NCBI RefSeq assembly: GCF_000012905.2
Contig: NC_009007.1
Span: 1-32,000, forward strand
DNA: 32,000 bases
Source: Cereibacter sphaeroides 2.4.1
GTDB taxonomy: Bacteria; Pseudomonadota; Alphaproteobacteria; Rhodobacterales; Rhodobacteraceae
Direction of reading: 5' to 3'
Shown: positions 31,092-32,000 of the stretch, in pieces
Position numbering within the stretch: the first letter of the stretch is position 1
How the letters are laid out: every line of letters starts with the position of its first letter
Translations under genes and position numbers: made by a program
The notes under the pieces: model-generated
Databases searched by the model: none
Seen by the model: the letters and a program-made list of their open reading frames with translations, nothing else
What the model was told of the DNA's origin: nothing

Positions 31092-31967
31092 TCAATGGCG
31101 GTGGGTGGCGGCGAGCTGGTCGGCATAGCGCCATTCCAGCGCCGATTTCAGCGTGAGCGTGACGAGGGCGAGGGCTGCGAGCAAAGCCGCCATCGCGAAG
31201 GCCGCGACCGAGAGATATTCGTTGTAGAACATCTCGATCATGATCGGCATCGTGGTGGTCTTGCCGCGGATCTTGCCCGAGACCACCGCCACCGCGCCGA
31301 ATTCGCCCATGGCGCGGGCGTTGCACAGAAGCACGCCGTAAAGAAGCGCCCAGCGGATGTTGGGCAGCGTCACGGTGAGGAAGGTCCGCCAGCCGGAGGC
31401 GCCGAGCGTCAGCGCGGCCTCCTCTTCGGCGCGGCCCTGCTCGGTCATGATCGGGATCAGCTCGCGCGCGACGAAGGGGAAGGTGATGAAGAGCGTGGCC
31501 AGCACGATCCCCGGCACCGCGAAGACGATCGGATGGCCATGGGCCACGAGCCAGGCGCCGAGCGCGGAATTGGCCCCGAAGAGCAGCACGAAGGCGAGCC
31601 CCGCCACCACCGGCGAGACCGAGAAGGGCAGGTCGATTAGCGTGATGAGCACGGCCTTGCCGCGCCAGTCGAACTTGGTGACGGCCCAGGCGGCGGCGAG
31701 GCCCGCGGCGGCGTTCAGCGGCACCGCCACCGCGGCCACGGTGAGGGTGAGGCGGATCGCGGCCAGCGCGTCGCGGTTGCCGAGGGCGGTCACGGCGGCG
31801 GCGAGGCCGTCGCGCAGCGCCTCGGCGAAGACCGCGGCCAGCGGCGCCAGCACGAGGAGCCCGAGAAGCCCGAGCGTGCCCGCGATCAGCAGGCGGCGCA
31901 TCCAGGCGGGCTCGGCCGTGGCGGCGCGGGGCAGGCGGCGGGCGGGGGAGAGGGGGAGATGGGTCAT
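31092..31967 (-). CDS. cysW: Sulfate ABC transporter permease CysW
   Basis: 291 aa with a BPD-transport inner-membrane fold. [29 protein letters not shown] is the EAA loop, and [12 protein letters not shown] is the CysT/CysW signature. It is adjacent to cysA. Confidence 0.9.
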   Translation of the reverse strand: MTHLPLSPARRLPRAATAEPAWMRRLLIAGTLGLLGLLVLAPLAAVFAEALRDGLAAAVTALGNRDALAAIRLTLTVAAVAVPLNAAAGLAAAWAVTKFDWRGKAVLITLIDLPFSVSPVVAGLAFVLLFGANSALGAWLVAHGHPIVFAVPGIVLATLFITFPFVARELIPIMTEQGRAEEEAALTLGASGWRTFLTVTLPNIRWALLYGVLLCNARAMGEFGAVAVVSGKIRGKTTTMPIMIEMFYNEYLSVAAFAMAALLAALALVTLTLKSALEWRYADQLAATHRH

Positions 31968-31970
31968 GGC

Positions 31971-32000
31971 TCAGACCGCGCCCATGCGGCGCCGGCTCCA
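31971..32000 (-). CDS. cysT: 3' end of an upstream gene, probably sulfate permease CysT (partial, runs off the window)
   Basis: A stop codon (TCA on +) at 31971-31973 lies 3 nt upstream of the cysW start. Only 9 sense codons are visible, so the identity is inferred purely from cysT-cysW-cysA operon convention. Confidence 0.35.
   Translation of the reverse strand, partial: WSRRRMGAV

Noticed and set aside
1-32000. Mobile elements, prophage, defence systems, tRNA/rRNA
   Set aside because: I saw no transposase, integrase or recombinase-like translations. There are no terminal inverted repeats flanking a module, no cloverleaf-like tRNA candidates and no nuclease, helicase or methylase clusters typical of defence islands. 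The methyltransferase at 14738-15331 lacks DNA-methylase motifs (no DPPY or PCQ-type signatures).

Overview
Very GC-rich alphaproteobacterial DNA. Gene content looks Rhodobacteraceae, Cereibacter/Rhodobacter-like, but the taxon is inference only. I can support 24 protein-coding genes. I found no rRNA, tRNA, CRISPR array, transposase or integrase. Left to right: (i) kpsE-kpsT capsule export genes. (ii) A plasmid-type maintenance and replication module: parA-parB on the minus strand with two perfect 20-bp palindromes in the parA-parB spacer, then a ~690-bp control region with an AT-rich patch and three 22-bp-phased direct repeats (candidate oriV), then a divergent RPA-family replication initiator. 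(iii) A surface-glycan block: GT2 glycosyltransferase, rmlC-rmlB-rmlD-rmlA (dTDP-L-rhamnose), two sulfotransferases and kdsA. (iv) The most unusual part is a minus-strand operon of GT41 (OGT/SPINDLY-like, TPR), T1SS ABC exporter with a C39-like domain, HlyD adaptor and SAM methyltransferase. It faces, divergently, a 1,561-aa ORF built from 194 uninterrupted octapeptide repeats (consensus L-T-T-A-Q-V-A-A). A convergent Calx-beta/RTX type I secretion substrate with a 678-bp tandem duplication follows. (v) A TRIC/UPF0126 channel, an Lrp/AsnC regulator, cysA, cysW and the 3' tip of a probable cysT. Main hypothesis (inference): block iv is an undescribed module in which a Ser/Thr-rich octad-repeat giant protein is modified by the linked OGT-like glycosyltransferase, and possibly the methyltransferase, and exported by the linked T1SS. 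Many long ORFs in the six-frame track are antisense or out-of-frame artefacts of the high GC content and are rejected below. All homology calls come from reading the translations. No database search was run.
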